From Eledone cirrhosa (lineage: Eukaryota): DNA of 64,000 nucleotides. Shown here piece after piece: positions 1-12,599 of this stretch. The translations under genes were made by a program, and so were the position numbers. The first letter of the stretch is position 1; the number at the start of each line of letters is the position of its first letter. A model generated the notes under the pieces. It had not been told where the DNA came from, did not search any database, and saw nothing but the letters and a program-made list of their open reading frames with translations. The DNA is taken from NCBI GenBank assembly GCA_964016885.1, contig OZ024743.1, positions 78,430,001 to 78,494,000 on the forward strand, written 5' to 3'.

Positions 1-176
1 TTTGTGCCTCTCCTTTGTTCTGTCCTACGCCATCTTGTTTTTGTGTGTGTTGTGTGCTTAGTTTGCGCATGTGTTACATCCGGGTGTCTGTGTGTGTTTT
101 TATTTGTTTATTTATTTGTTTATTTACATGTTACTGGTTGGTTGTTTGTTCTATGTGTGTGTGTGTTTTCATTTTG
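1..176 (-). mobile_element. PLE 3' UTR/pseudo-LTR fragment, inverted copy of 13274-13449
   Basis: Reverse complement matches 13274-13449 with few mismatches; that segment lies directly after the GIY-YIG ORF stop at 13270. Confidence 0.85.
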
Positions 177-177
177 C

Positions 178-260
178 ATTATTTGTACTGGCCCTTTACA
201 TTTGGAGTTTAAATCCCACCGATGTAAATTTTGTCTTTCATCTTTCCAGGATCGATTAAA
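178..260 (+). mobile_element. Partial tRNA-derived SINE (Meta-domain-like family)
   Basis: Near-identical to 705-782: B-box-like gagtttaaatccc followed by ctttcatctttccaggatcgat. Confidence 0.7.
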
Positions 261-350
261 TATACATATATACACATACATATTTATATGCATTTATGTG
301 TTTAAATACACATATATGTAGATAAATGTATATATATATATATATATGTC

Positions 351-383
<33 letters not shown>

Positions 384-662
384 CTGTATGTGTATATATA
401 TGTGTGTGTGTGTATGTGTATATGTATGGATATATAAACAGATCTGTATATGTACTTAAATATATGACCATAGATCTTATGCTGATATATATACACATTT
501 CTACAGAATTATCCAATGTCCAAAATATTCAGAATTATTGTTTACCAATATTTTCGAAACCACCATTTTCCTCTTCATCATTGTCAGGACTTATTCTTAT
601 TATAATTTGAATTTTTATTATTATATTTATTATTATTATGATTATTATTGTTGTTATTATAT

Positions 663-850
663 TTTGACAGAATTGGTAGAGCGTCGGATATAATGCTATT
701 GTGGTATTTGTACTGGCCCTTTACATATGGAGTTCAAATCCCACCGATGTAAATTTTGCCTTTCATCCTTCCAGGATCGATAAAATATAATACCAGTTAA
801 ATACTGTGGTCAACATTATTGACTTTCCACTTCTCCCAAATTACTGGCCT
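663..850 (+). mobile_element. tRNA-derived SINE (Meta-domain-like), interrupted near its 3' end
   Basis: A-box-like ttgacagaattggtagagc, B-box gagttcaaatccc, central gcctttcatccttccaggatcgataaaat..taccag; about 12 related copies in the window. Confidence 0.8.
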
Positions 851-1200
851 TAGCGGGAAGTGTTGCCTTCCAGCCAGTTTGTTGAAAGGTGGGTGAGAGA
901 GGCAAGAATGACCCGTGTGAATGGGCCTGCCCTGAGCGTATGCCTGTAGTATCGTAGGAGGAAAACTGGAAGAGGGCGCTTGCCCTAGCGGTCAGGGTAA
1001 TGGTGGCTTTTTTGTGGGCTTTCTCCACGAGTGACCCTCGGAAGTCTCCCCCCCCCCCCTATTGGGGAATTTTTCCTTGTTTCATTTTTATGCATATTTT
1101 TTTTTTTTTTTACATGCAGAAAAGCCCATCTGTACCGTCTTGTATTGTCCCGTGCTGTCCTTAATGTTATACTTTATGTCAACCCTTGTGATTAATAAAG
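851..1200 (+). mobile_element. Probable L1/Tx1-type LINE 3' end (ORF2 tail plus 3' UTR)
   Basis: Reads REVLPSSQFVERWVREARMTRVNGPALSVCL* (FxxRW-type C-terminus) and ends in AATAAA; the 3' UTR recurs at ~61595-61760. Confidence 0.5.
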
Positions 1201-1206
1201 AAAACA

Positions 1207-4200
1207 TTATTATTATTATTATTATTCCTTGAATCTCAGTCATTGATGTTGGTTAACTGGAAAGTCCGTTGGAATGAATATCAAGCCACTACCTGCAGCC
1301 TCAGATATTCAGGACGTATTTGAGGGTTCTTGCTGTTCCCAGCAAGCATGCCTTTTGAAGCGTTCCAAAAAGCATGAAGGGGCCGATTTTCTTTAACCAT
1401 CCCTGGAAACTTTTGGAGATAGTCCCCAGTGCGCCTATGACAATAGGGATCACTTTGACTTCATGGCAGTTCCAAATCCTTTTTACCTCCCACTTTAAGT
1501 CTTGGTATCGGTTAATTTTCTCCCTCTCCTTCTCTTGCACTCTCGTGTCGAATGGGCAGGCCACATCCACAATCAGACACGCTCTTTTTTCTTTGTCCAC
1601 AACCACCAGGTCAGGTCTATTGTGTTCCAGTTTCTTGTCCGTCTGTATCCTAAAATCCCACAGCACCTTCACTTGATCGTTCTCCATCACCACCTCTGGC
1701 CTATGCTCATACCATTTCTCAGAATGTGGTAAATTGTTTACTTTGCATAGGTGCCAGTGGATCACCCTGCCCATCACATCATGTCTCCAGCCCTTATAGT
1801 GGGTCTGGGCTAGGTGTTTACACTCGGATACAATGTGAGCCACAGTCTCCTCTCTCTCTCCACAGATCCTGCACAGTGGGCTAGCCTCCTCCTTGTAAAT
1901 ATGGTGTTTCAGCCACTTCGTTTTGAGGGCCTGCTCCTGCGCAGCCATTAACATTCCTTCTGTAGCCTTTTTGAGGTCTCCTCTTCTCAACCAGTTCCAT
2001 GTCTGTGGATCTCTAAATTCAGTTTTCTCAAAGAAGGTACTATGAAGGGATTTTTCCTGAAGGCTGCTCTTTCTCCTTGATGTTATTTCCTCCTTGGACA
2101 TCCCCTGACCTACTGTCCCCTCCTTCAGTACAGTTCTGAGCATTGGCTCCTTACTATAGGTCACGTATTTGTATGAGTTGTTTTTCTCCATCTGAACACA
2201 GTCCTCTATGCTGATAAGACCTCTTCCACCCTCAGATCTCCTTAGGTAGAGTCTATCGACATCACTCCTCTTGTGGAACATGTTGTAGATAGTCAATAGC
2301 TTCCTAGTCTTCCTATCCATTTCTTTTTGTTCAGCAACATTCCATCTCAGAATTCCCGCACTGTACCTAATAATAGACACAGCTCGGGAATTTACTGCGC
2401 TTATGGCATTTCTGCTGTTCAGGTGTGACTTCAATACGCTCCTTATTCTCCGAATGTATTCAGTTCTTAACAATTCCTTCATTTTTTTGTTCTTTATGCT
2501 ATCAGCCTCCAGAACGCCCAAATACTTGTATCCTTCCTCAGAGTCAATTTCCTTTATCATCTCACCCGTTGGTATCTGGATTCCGTTACTTCTGCTCAAC
2601 CTACCCCTCCTCATCACAATGACTCCACACTTACTAATACCAAACTGCATACATATATCACAGCTGAAAATGCGGACAGTGTCAACAAGCACATCCAACT
2701 CCTTCTCACTCTTCCCGAAGAGCTTAAGATCGTCCATGAAGAGGAGGTGATTGATGGTAAGCTCTCCCTTTCCCAACTTGTATCCTGCTCTCACTTTTCG
2801 CAGCATAATGGTCAAGGGCATCAGGGCAAGGACAAACAACAGAGGGGACAGGCTATCTCCCTGGAAGATACCTCTCTTGATCTTCACGCTTCCCAAGGAT
2901 TCTCCAGTTGATGTCAACTCTGTCTCCCAGGACCCCATACTCCTGCCCAGCAACTGTCTGATGTTATCTGCCACCTTGAAGATCTCCAGGCTTTTGGTGA
3001 TCCAAGAGTGAGGCACCATGTCAAATGCCTTTCTGTAGTCTATCCATCCCATGGCAAGATCAGTGTGTCTCCTCCTGCAATTCCCCATTACCATCTTATC
3101 AATAAGTAACTGGTCCTTTGTACCACGTGACTTCTTTCGGCATCCTTTCTGTTCGTCCGGTAACAAGTTGTTTGTGTGGAGGTGATGGTAGATTTCCTCA
3201 GACACAATGCTCGTCAACAGTTTCCACATTACGGACAGACATGTGATAGGTCTATAGTTGGTAACATCATTACCCTTGATTCGGTCTTTCATTATCAGAA
3301 CTGTGGTACCTTTTGTCAACCACTCTGGCACCTCACCCGACACCAAGCAGTCATTGAACATGGCCGTCAGCTTCGGGTGGAGGGATGTTAAATGTTTAAT
3401 CCAATACCCCTGCACACCATCTGGGCCTGGTGATTTCCAGTTGGTTAGTTTTTTGGCCTGCCCCTTAAGAGTTTCAACTGTGATACTCAAATCAGTTTGT
3501 TGTTGTGCCTGCTCACCGATCTCCCTCTGTACTGTCTCAATCCACCCTGCCTGGGCATTGTGTCTAACATCCTGCTCCCATATTCCTCTCCAGAATGTTT
3601 TAGTTTGCTCCGCCCCAGGGATCAAGTCGTTGCCTCTTTCTTTCCCCTCAAGCTGTCCAAACAGCATCTTCTGGTTGTTGTCGAACATGCGGTTCTGTTT
3701 ATACTGACTGACTCTGTTCTCGTATCGCCTGATTTTTGCACTCTTTGCTACAATGCGTTGCTTCAGTTCCTCTATGATAATATTTAGCTTTTTACTCCTA
3801 GTTTTGTATTTTATTTCCAGTCTATTTTTAGTGCCTATGTTTTTTAGTGTCCCATTCAGTAGTGACTCAAGCTTTCCTATGTCATTTCTCATTTCCCCGA
3901 TTTGCCCACTCAGTCGCTTCTTCCACCACGGCTCTGCTCTTTCTTGTCTGTTGTTTCCTCTCGCTTTTATACCAAGTAGTTTCCTCACCGTATTTGCTGC
4001 TGCTTTGAGGATATTGTTGCACTGGTGAAGGCTTCTCGCCTCAAGGTATGGGATGACTTTGTTTACCTTAGCTGTTGTTTCTTTTAACTTTTTCCTGTCT
4101 ACAAATCTTAGGTTCATAGGTCTCCCACTATCATTGTTCAATTCATCTACCACTAAATTTAGGATGTCAACCGAATCTTGTCCTAGCCCGTCAGCATTCA

Positions 4201-5739
4201 TCTCCTCAGTGGCCGTATCTCTGTTCCAGGTATTATTTATCTCAGTATTCAGATCATTGTCTGCTTCGGGTGGTTCCTCCGTTCTCAGGACCTCTTCACC
4301 TTCATTTCCCACTGGCTCGCTTGTCTGGCATACTACACCCGCCATCTCCAAGCCATTCTCTCTGCTCAGTTCCTCCAGTTCCAGCTCGCTTATCCATCCA
4401 TTAGTTCTTATTACCCGAGCCTGCCCGGCCAATTTTTGTTCATCTAATTTAAATAAACCAATCTCGTTCCAGATGTTATGCATCCGTCTCCTGTAGCCCC
4501 TCTCCTTGGGGTTACTTTTCAGGTAACATTGCATAACAGTTCTATTCAATTCTTTCGTCCAGTTGGTTCTGGCCCCTTTCCTTCTTCTCCTTCCTCCAAC
4601 ATCAGCAGTATTTGGTTGACAGTCAGGTTCCTGCTGCTGAGCCAGGGGGCACCTGTTGGGTGAGAGTCTGTCACATGACGTTCTAGTCTCCATTTCACCG
4701 TTATTCGAACTGTTTATGTTCGATATTTAAACACTCTTATCGAGGATTGGCGAATGTATGGTTACATATCCATCTGTGGATCCGCCATTCCACTTGGCCC
4801 TTGTGTGGCATTATCACCACGCTGTATACGAACACACATAAACAAACAAACACACGGGCAGAAAGGGCCCCAAAAATGAATAAGCATAAGTTTCATTGTA
4901 ATGTAGTGTTCGAATGTCTGACTTAGTTTTTGTTTTTTAAGTTTTAGTTTTTCCCCCCTCTTCTCTGTCCGTCCGCCTGCTTCTCTCTTCATTCTTATTT
5001 TCTTTACGTTTTTGGGGTTTCTTTTTTTGTTTTTGTTTTTCTCTGTTTGCTTTTCTCGTTTTTGCTGTTGTTGCTGTGCTGCTTTGGTTTTGTTGTTTGT
5101 TTTTTCTTTTTTCTTTTGAGTCTATCTATATATTTTGATGTCTTCCTCTTTGTTAGTAGTAGGAATTCTATAATGTGGAAGTAGCAGCCAGCAGGGAGAA
5201 GTGGGAGACTGGCGGCGGTAGCGATACTGAGACAGTGGTGGTGGTGATGTCGATACCGAGGCAGTGGTGGCGGTGATGTGACCGTATTACTGTAGTGATG
5301 GTGCTGTAGCGGTGGCAGCAGTGAAGGAGTGAAGAGGTGGTGGCGGCGGTGATGGGATAATGGTGGTAATGATGGCCGTAGTGAGCGGTTGAAAATGCCG
5401 TTATCTGGCTGTTGTGTTTAGTGTACACAGATGATGGGGTGGGTGGTGTATCTAGTTTCTGGTGTTGGTGAGTTTGGCTGTCCTATATAGTGTAGACAGA
5501 GGAGAGGAGGGGGGGGGGGGGTTCTTCTTCCATTTATAGCCATTTTCTTTTTTGGATATACAGTGTACAATACAAAATTGAATATTTGAATATTTGAGCC
5601 TTATAACAATATATTTTGGGTCTGAATTTTTTGGGGGCTCAAGCCGGGTGCGTTACGTAGCATTTGTACTAAGAGTTGTTATTTCACAAATGATTTAAAT
5701 ATGTTAAAAATTCAAAACTTACGGGAGCGATTTCATGAC

Positions 5740-5740
<1 letters not shown>
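1207..5740 (-). mobile_element. R4/Dong-like LINE, possibly full length (5' boundary uncertain)
   Basis: Short 3' UTR then (AAT)n tail at 1207-1227; another (ATT)n tract at 5741-5795 may mark the 5' junction. Confidence 0.6.
1301..4693 (-). CDS. R4/Dong-clade non-LTR retrotransposon ORF: reverse transcriptase, CCHC zinc knuckle and restriction-like endonuclease
   Basis: Uninterrupted 1130 aa; NYRPITCL, EQKG, WIDYRKAFD, GIFQGDSLSPLLF, LFMDD, GGRGL, CRICGEREETVAHIVSEC, RHD, RPDLV..IVDVACP..EKINRY. Confidence 0.93.
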   Translation of the reverse strand: METRTSCDRLSPNRCPLAQQQEPDCQPNTADVGGRRRRKGARTNWTKELNRTVMQCYLKSNPKERGYRRRMHNIWNEIGLFKLDEQKLAGQARVIRTNGWISELELEELSRENGLEMAGVVCQTSEPVGNEGEEVLRTEEPPEADNDLNTEINNTWNRDTATEEMNADGLGQDSVDILNLVVDELNNDSGRPMNLRFVDRKKLKETTAKVNKVIPYLEARSLHQCNNILKAAANTVRKLLGIKARGNNRQERAEPWWKKRLSGQIGEMRNDIGKLESLLNGTLKNIGTKNRLEIKYKTRSKKLNIIIEELKQRIVAKSAKIRRYENRVSQYKQNRMFDNNQKMLFGQLEGKERGNDLIPGAEQTKTFWRGIWEQDVRHNAQAGWIETVQREIGEQAQQQTDLSITVETLKGQAKKLTNWKSPGPDGVQGYWIKHLTSLHPKLTAMFNDCLVSGEVPEWLTKGTTVLIMKDRIKGNDVTNYRPITCLSVMWKLLTSIVSEEIYHHLHTNNLLPDEQKGCRKKSRGTKDQLLIDKMVMGNCRRRHTDLAMGWIDYRKAFDMVPHSWITKSLEIFKVADNIRQLLGRSMGSWETELTSTGESLGSVKIKRGIFQGDSLSPLLFVLALMPLTIMLRKVRAGYKLGKGELTINHLLFMDDLKLFGKSEKELDVLVDTVRIFSCDICMQFGISKCGVIVMRRGRLSRSNGIQIPTGEMIKEIDSEEGYKYLGVLEADSIKNKKMKELLRTEYIRRIRSVLKSHLNSRNAISAVNSRAVSIIRYSAGILRWNVAEQKEMDRKTRKLLTIYNMFHKRSDVDRLYLRRSEGGRGLISIEDCVQMEKNNSYKYVTYSKEPMLRTVLKEGTVGQGMSKEEITSRRKSSLQEKSLHSTFFEKTEFRDPQTWNWLRRGDLKKATEGMLMAAQEQALKTKWLKHHIYKEEASPLCRICGEREETVAHIVSECKHLAQTHYKGWRHDVMGRVIHWHLCKVNNLPHSEKWYEHRPEVVMENDQVKVLWDFRIQTDKKLEHNRPDLVVVDKEKRACLIVDVACPFDTRVQEKEREKINRYQDLKWEVKRIWNCHEVKVIPIVIGALGTISKSFQGWLKKIGPFMLFGTLQKACLLGTARTLKYVLNI

Positions 5741-5793
<53 letters not shown>

Positions 5794-5811
5794 TATTTTC
5801 ATAAAAATTAT

Positions 5812-6815
5812 TAACAAATCAGTAAAAATCGGTAAAGGAGCAAACTAAATACCTTGTGGCATAAATTTACTTGTCTTTACTGTCTGAGTTCAAATCTCAC
5901 TAAGGTCAACTTTGTCTTTCACCCATCCAAGGGTCAATGAAATAAGCTGTGGCTGAATGAAAGTCCCCATCCAACCTAATTAAAAAAAAAATTGTATTAG
6001 ATTTCATTATATATCTCTTATATTTCATTTTACTAGCTGATGATAAAATAAATAAGTCAAGTATTGGGAGCATTAGTAAGTAATCAACTGTGACCCTTTC
6101 CAGAATCTCTGGTCTTGTGCCTTTATTTGAAACTACTAGTTGTAATATCATTTTGAAATTAATTAAGAATTTGGAGTTATTTAATTAACTTTCCCATTAA
6201 GCTGGAATTTGAAACAAATTTACAGTGGATTCTACATAAAATTATGATAGAAGATTTTTAGATAAATATAAACACTCAGGGATCAGAGAGTCATTCCAGG
6301 TAGAGCCTCTACTTCTCCAAATTGAGAGATCATAGCTTCGATTCTATGGGCATGTGGTTAGAATGTCTCAGAAAGGAATCGGTGGACAGATTTTACAGGC
6401 AAAACCAGCCGACAGGAGACCCAGGGGTAGACCCTAAGCAAGATGTTCAAATTCCGCCGAGGTTGGTTTTGCCTTTCATGCTTAGTGTTGATAAAATAAA
6501 ACATCAGTAATGCACTGGGTCGATTTAATCGACTTTCAAATCCTCCTAAATTGCTGGGTTTGTGCCTATAATTGAATTATTATTATTAGTTGGGTGGTGA
6601 AGTGCCAAAATTATTTAACGTGTTGAACAAAACACATTTTTATTCTGGCTGTTTAAATTATGAGATCAAATCTTATCTTGGTTGACTTTGCCTTTCATTC
6701 TTCCAGAATTGATAAAATAAAGTACCAATGAAGTACTGATGTTGATATAATCAACTACACCCCTCCTCCAAGTTTCAGGTCTTGTTCCTATGTAAGAAAT
6801 CATAACTATAAAGTA
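5812..6815 (+). mobile_element. Cluster of degenerate Meta-domain-like SINE copies (~5812-5960, 6040-6150, 6420-6590, 6590-6815)
   Basis: Repeated gttcaaat..aggt..actttg.ctttca..gataaaataaagtacc..ttgtgcct motifs. Confidence 0.7.
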
Positions 6816-7004
6816 CCAGTAATATACCAAGGAAGACACACATATATATCCTATACAAAGGTGGCCCCCTTATCTCTACTCAAGAGAATTCATACTCATA
6901 AGCATTGTTAATAATAATTGATATATTATCTCTCTCTCATACATATGCATACACAAATACACACACATGTGTGTATTTGTGTGTGTGTGTGTATATATAT
7001 ATAA

Positions 7005-9107
7005 CGACTCAACGACAGACTCAAACTCGACATAGAGGCCAACTTTTGTCGAGCCGCTTACCAACTTCAATGGGTGACCGCCACCAACAGCACCACAGAA
7101 AATAACAGCGCCCACGCAACCCACCCAAGTTCCCCACTTACCGCCCCGACAACCCACTCCACCCCCCACCCACAAACCAAGAACTCGACACTAAACTCAT
7201 CAGGCTAAAACACTCCATCTCGGATATACTTCACAAACACACACACGCACAACACACAACCTCACCAAATCTCAACTCACCACTCTCTCCAACCTAAAAT
7301 CGAAGAACCTCATCTACCTCCTCTTCGACAAGGGAAAATAATTCTGCGTCATCAGCAGAGAGGCCTACAACACCCTGGCCCTCCAACACCTTGACGATGA
7401 CAACCTCTACTCCAAGGTCACGGGAACCACTCCCGCGCAGATAGAGGAGCACATCAACGCCGCCTGGACCAACATCTGCGACCGGCGGAAGCTCCCGAAG
7501 AAGCTGAGATACAACCTCCTCACGAGGAACAGCAGACTACTCGCCTTCTATCACCTCGTGAAAACACACAAACAGGGACCCGACCTGAATATCAGGCCCA
7601 TTGTATCGAGCGTGGAAGGACCGCTCTACAAAATTTCATGGCTCCTAGCCAGAATACTCAAACCAATCTTAGACACCTTGACGGGACCCATTAACAGCTC
7701 CGAGGAGGTGTTGAAGCGCCTGCATCAAATGGATCCCGACACCAGAAAGGATAACAGATATACCTTCAGCCTTGATGTAGTCGCTCTCTACACCTCGGTC
7801 CCGGCACTCCGGCCGTTAATATACTGATGGAACGCGTCCACTCCACCGACCTACACTGCCTCGGGCTCACCACCACTGACATCCACCAACTTTTATCCAT
7901 CGTCGTCGACAACACCTACTTCGGATTCCTTAACCAAACATACCAGAAAACCTCGGGACTGCCCATGGGATCAAGCCTATCGGGTGTGCTAGCGATCTCT
8001 TACATGGACAGCCTCGAGCGCAAGGCACTCAACGCCTGCCACCCCAACGTCGTCGCCTTTTTCTCAAGGTACGTGGACGATATCCCCATCCTCACATCTT
8101 CCCAAGACATGGCGAACAGAATCTATGAGACGTTCAACAACATGGACGAGAACATTGACTTCAGTGTTGAACACCCCAACGACGACGAGTCACTTGCCCT
8201 CCTCGACTTCCGAATCAACATCACAGAACAGGGAGGGATCCACTGCAACTTCTGCCGAAAGGCAGCCTGCAGCGACCTGTTCATCCGCTACAAGTCCGCC
8301 CTCCCTAACAGTGCCAAAAGAGGATCATCACGAACGAGATCGCGCGAATCAAAAACAGATGCAGCGATCCCGCGAGTGGTGTCACTCATACCAAGCGATT
8401 CCTCGAGGTGCTGGAGACGAACGGGTACCCTACCTCGCTCACAGACAGAGTAGGAGACACCAGACACAAGAGACAGAGAGGCACCCAAGGCAAGTGCTTC
8501 CTTAAAATGCCACACCTGAGCGAGAATACCACCAACGCTATCCGCAAGGCTATACGGAGGGAGGGCCTCGACATCCACCTGGCCCACTCGGGCCCCTCCC
8601 TGCGAAGATGCCTCTCCAGGAAACCCGGGAAATCAACTGACGCGTGCTCCCTCAGAGACTGCCCGATGCGCCATGCGAACTGTTGCCTACGCACATACGT
8701 CGTGTATAAGATAGAATGTAAAAAGTGCAACCAATACTACATAGGTAGCACAATCCGGCCGCTGCACATCCGGATCAAGGAGCACACTAACACCAGGGCC
8801 TCGTCTTTCCGGAAACGCATAGCCAAATGCGGAAACAAAGACGGAAGGCCCATTGTCACAATTCTAGCGACAGAAGAAACGTCGGCACATTACGTATCAA
8901 GGAAGCACTTTGGATCAAACGCCTAGGGCCACAATTAAACAACCGATCCGAGAGAAGCGAAATGAGGTGGTTGGTTTAAGTTAACAAACGATGCAGCAAC
9001 ACACACACACACACAAGCGAGACAGCAACACAAGCACACACACACACACACAGTAGCATTCCATACGAACATACTACACTGCCAATACAGAGGAACAAGG
9101 CAACAAC

Positions 9108-9191
<84 letters not shown>

Positions 9192-9735
9192 AAGCGAGAC
9201 AACACACGCACACACACACACAGTAACATTCACCAAACAGGCAGAGAATACTATGGACTGACAGCTAGCGCCACCCCACTCCCACAATTGAAAGAACTAT
9301 TTCTGCCGCTGACCTCTGCTTGACCAACCCCATTTCACGCGCACGTGCGCTCTGCTGAATATCTCAGATATTCAAAACAACGAACAGCGGAGGACTCGTT
9401 TCGCACCTTTCCGACAGACAACCCCCCCCCCCCGGAAAACTCCAGTTGATGGATGTGAATCCGAAATATATAGGGACAATTAAATCTCTCCCAAGGTAAC
9501 TCTATCTCGTGTTATTATTTTTATTTTTATCATTTACGCTCTTTCCTACATTCTTCTACACGCTACAGTCTACTACACGCCACGCATCTCAACGAACACC
9601 CACTTACATCTCTTTCTCCACCACCGGATCTTGTTATCCGGAGATTTACCCATCTGCATTGTCGAGGCTTCCAAACGACTTAAAGAAATTTACCTTATTA
9701 TTCCACAATGCTTCAAGCAAACTTCACTACTCTCT
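7005..9735 (+). mobile_element. Penelope-like element (RT plus GIY-YIG), frameshifted, with 3' region and degenerate hammerhead
   Basis: KTHK..IRPIVSS, SLDVVALYTSVP, GLPMGSSLS, RYVDD, LLDF, VVYKIECKKCNQYYIGSTIRPLHIRIKEH across ORFs 7558-8926. Confidence 0.92.
9441..9476 (+). ncRNA. Degenerate type I hammerhead ribozyme
   Basis: Stem II GGAT-gtga-ATCC, GAAA, tata, TA and stem I tcc/gga are intact, but CUGANGA has decayed to agttga. Confidence 0.5.
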
Positions 9736-9759
9736 TATATATGTATATATATATATAAA

Positions 9760-10040
9760 GGTGCACAACTTAATGACTAGCATGTTGGACTTATAATCGT
9801 AATGTCATCGATCGGTCTGATTCTTGGACTGGGTGGTGTGTTGTGTTCTTAAGCAAAACACCACATTTCACATTGCTCCAGTCCACTCAACTGGAAACGA
9901 GTACCAGCAGTTGATGGGGGCTAATTTTGTGATGGACTGGTGTCCTGTCCAGACGAGTGTCTTGTATTCTCAGTTGCTTAACACTAATGAAACTGGGATA
10001 AGCTTTTGTCTAATGTGCCTCTGGGCTTGAGACAGACTTG
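9760..10040 (+). mobile_element. Old CORE-like SINE
   Basis: ttgtgttcttaagcaaaacac..ttcacattgctccagtccactcaactg; related to 11175-11660 and 50478-50652. Confidence 0.55.
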
Positions 10041-10384
10041 GCAATCTGTAAAAACTCAGAATAGTAATAGAGAGGAATCTCAGTAATATAATACTCTCTA
10101 CTTCGGTATTGAGCACTTTTTCCTTGGGAGATGGACAGCAGAAGGATTTCAGATAAGAATCTATCCTCTCCCATCCTGCCACTGGACTGGACCACATAAC
10201 ATGACTCCTGGGTGTTCCAACTTCAAACAAAAGCTTTACATTCTCAGTTCTAATCCAACCAACATCTACTTTGATCTACACCTTTCTGGTAGGAGGAAGA
10301 ATATTGATAAAATAGGTGTTATGTCAAAATAATTGACTACATCTATCCTATGAATATTCATTGATTTATGCCTGTGTTAGACAT

Positions 10385-10965
10385 AGAGAGTCGTACACTA
10401 TGCTTTGCAGTATAGAGTTACGACCCTTAATGTTCTGAGTCCAAATCCTGTTGAGGCTAGCTTTGCCTTTTATCTTTACGGGGTCGATAAAATAAAGTAC
10501 CAGTAACGCACTGGGGTCGATTTAATTAACTTTCTTCTCCCCCCAAATTGTTGGGCTTGTGGCTAAATCAGAAACCATTATTATTAGGAGGAGGGTGGTG
10601 GATGGACACTTTCGGTAGAGCATCAGATAAACGTTTTGTAACTTTCTATGTGTTGAGTTAAAATGCTACCATGACTGACTTTTCCTGATTCTTTGAAGGG
10701 GTCGATAAAATAAAGTACCTGTCAATATAATCAACTTTCTCTTCTTTCAAATTGACAGCCTTATGCCATTGTTAGAAACAATGGCAGTATCGCTAAAGGG
10801 CGGATGCCGTGCTTTGCAGCATAGAGTTACGTTCCTTTATGGTTTGAGTTCAAATCCCGTCGAGGTTAACTTTGCCTTTCATCGTTACTGGATCAATAAA
10901 ATAAAGTACCAGTAATGTACTGGGGTAATTGCTGACCTTGTGCCAAAAGTAGACACAATTAATAT
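10385..10965 (+). mobile_element. Three head-to-tail Meta-domain-like SINE copies
   Basis: gtcgataaaataaagtacc-type core at ~10483, ~10701 and ~10890, each followed by an agaaac(c/a)att-type end. Confidence 0.8.
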
Positions 10966-11174
10966 TTACTGAAATTGTACAGTACACTCACTATATTGTT
11001 ACATCATTCCAGAGAGAAAAAAAATTATTGTATGTATATATATACACACAGACACACATCTATATAGACACTTAAATACATAGACTTATATGTATACACA
11101 CACTTGCTCACAAATACACACCTTCAGACATACAATATATACACCACATTAACATAGCCTATACAAACTTGCAC

Positions 11175-11660
11175 TGTGTGAGTCAAAGAGGGAGTATTTA
11201 GATTGTCTGACTTACTAGAAATAGCAACCAAATCTTCCCTTACTCAAATCACTCATTCATTACTAGAACTGCACATAAGATAGTGTAGTCCTGGATAAAT
11301 CATGTCAGAAAAAAGAAATAGAATGCTTATGGTTAGGAAATTTTGATTACAAGTGTGCCTGATCTGAGCTGGCCTAGGACTTTGTGTGTTAAACAATAAA
11401 GCCAGTGTGAAATTAATGTGTAAGTGCCCTAGCATTCCACAAACATGTGTAGCTTTAATGTTATTCTCAAGTATATACAGCATAACATAATGTATGACAA
11501 GGCTGATCCTTTGAATAGCAGATACAACTCATTTTTGCCAGCTGAGTAGACAGGAGCAATATGAAATAAAGTGTCTTGCTCAAGGACACACTGCCATCTG
11601 CAATTGAACTCATGACCTTATGATTGTGAGATGAACACCATAACCACTCAGCCACAAACC
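11175..11660 (-). mobile_element. CORE-like tRNA-derived SINE
   Basis: Minus strand: gtggctgagtggtt (A box), gagttcaattgc (B box), tgtgtccttgagcaagacactt (CORE-like). Confidence 0.7.
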
Positions 11661-12009
11661 TCATCTACAGCCCCTCAAACACACACACGCTCACACCTTT
11701 ATACACACACACAAGCACATCCACTCACACCTATATACACACACAGACACATCTTATGTATGTTAAAAGTCTATTTCATCGTCCTAATGTATGTTTCTTT
11801 TTTTGTCAGTTTTATTTTTTGTTGTTATTGTTTGTTTTCTATGTTAATATTCAGTTGTTTATATTTCTAAGCCGTGTTTCTTTCATTGATCATAAATAAA
11901 CACCATTGTAAGAGGAACCTTTTGTTTTTGTTACTCAAATATTATTTTGTTTATTTCTAGTTTTTTTTCTTTTCCTCGCACTCCCCTGTTTTTATTTTTA
12001 TTTTTATTT

Positions 12010-12545
12010 ACAAGGGTTGCAGTGGGCAGTCTCCAAACCACTGCACACTAATCCCAGAGCTCCATCAAACTCTCCTACAGCACCACACCTAACTTCGCAC
12101 AAAACATCGTTTCCTCAAACAACAAAAACTCAACCCCTATGTAAGAAATAACCTAGACATCAGTGGAGAGCCGACCAGGAGGTGTAACTGCCCTGATAGA
12201 TCTACGTGCCCCCTCAATAACAAATGCCGAGAACGTAACGTGATCTTCCAGTGCAACGTGAGGACAGACACCTCCAACAAAGCTTATATAGGAATAACTT
12301 CAAGACCCGGCTCTACCGACACCGACATACTTTCCGAAACCCGGTCCGGCGACATGCCACTACACTTTCGGGTCACATCTGGGACATCCAAGATAGTAAT
12401 ATAACCTACAATTTCACTTGGAGCTTACTGTCCAGAGCTAACGCTTACACGGGAGGACGCCGTCCGTGTAACTTATGCTCGGAGGAAACATTACAAATGC
12501 TGTTTTCGAAGGACCAACTCCTAAACAAGAAAGACGAACACAGAT
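12010..12545 (+). mobile_element. PLE GIY-YIG C-terminal fragment (Neptune-like)
   Basis: IKLSYSTTPN, CNCPDRSTCPLNNKC, AYIGIT, then frameshift to FKTRLYRH..TTLSGHIW..CNLCSEE..LLNKKDE. Confidence 0.85.
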
Positions 12546-12599
12546 TGCGTAGGACTTACCTCGCCCTCAAACCCCATAACGACCAAATGGGGAAAACCA

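Noticed and set aside
1207-1300. R4 element as the partner LINE of the main SINE
   Set aside because: The R4 sense tail is (AAT)n whereas the SINE sense tail is (ATT)n, and no shared 3' sequence was seen
4700-4830. HDV-like ribozyme in the R4 5' region
   Set aside because: Could not assemble the nested double pseudoknot by eye
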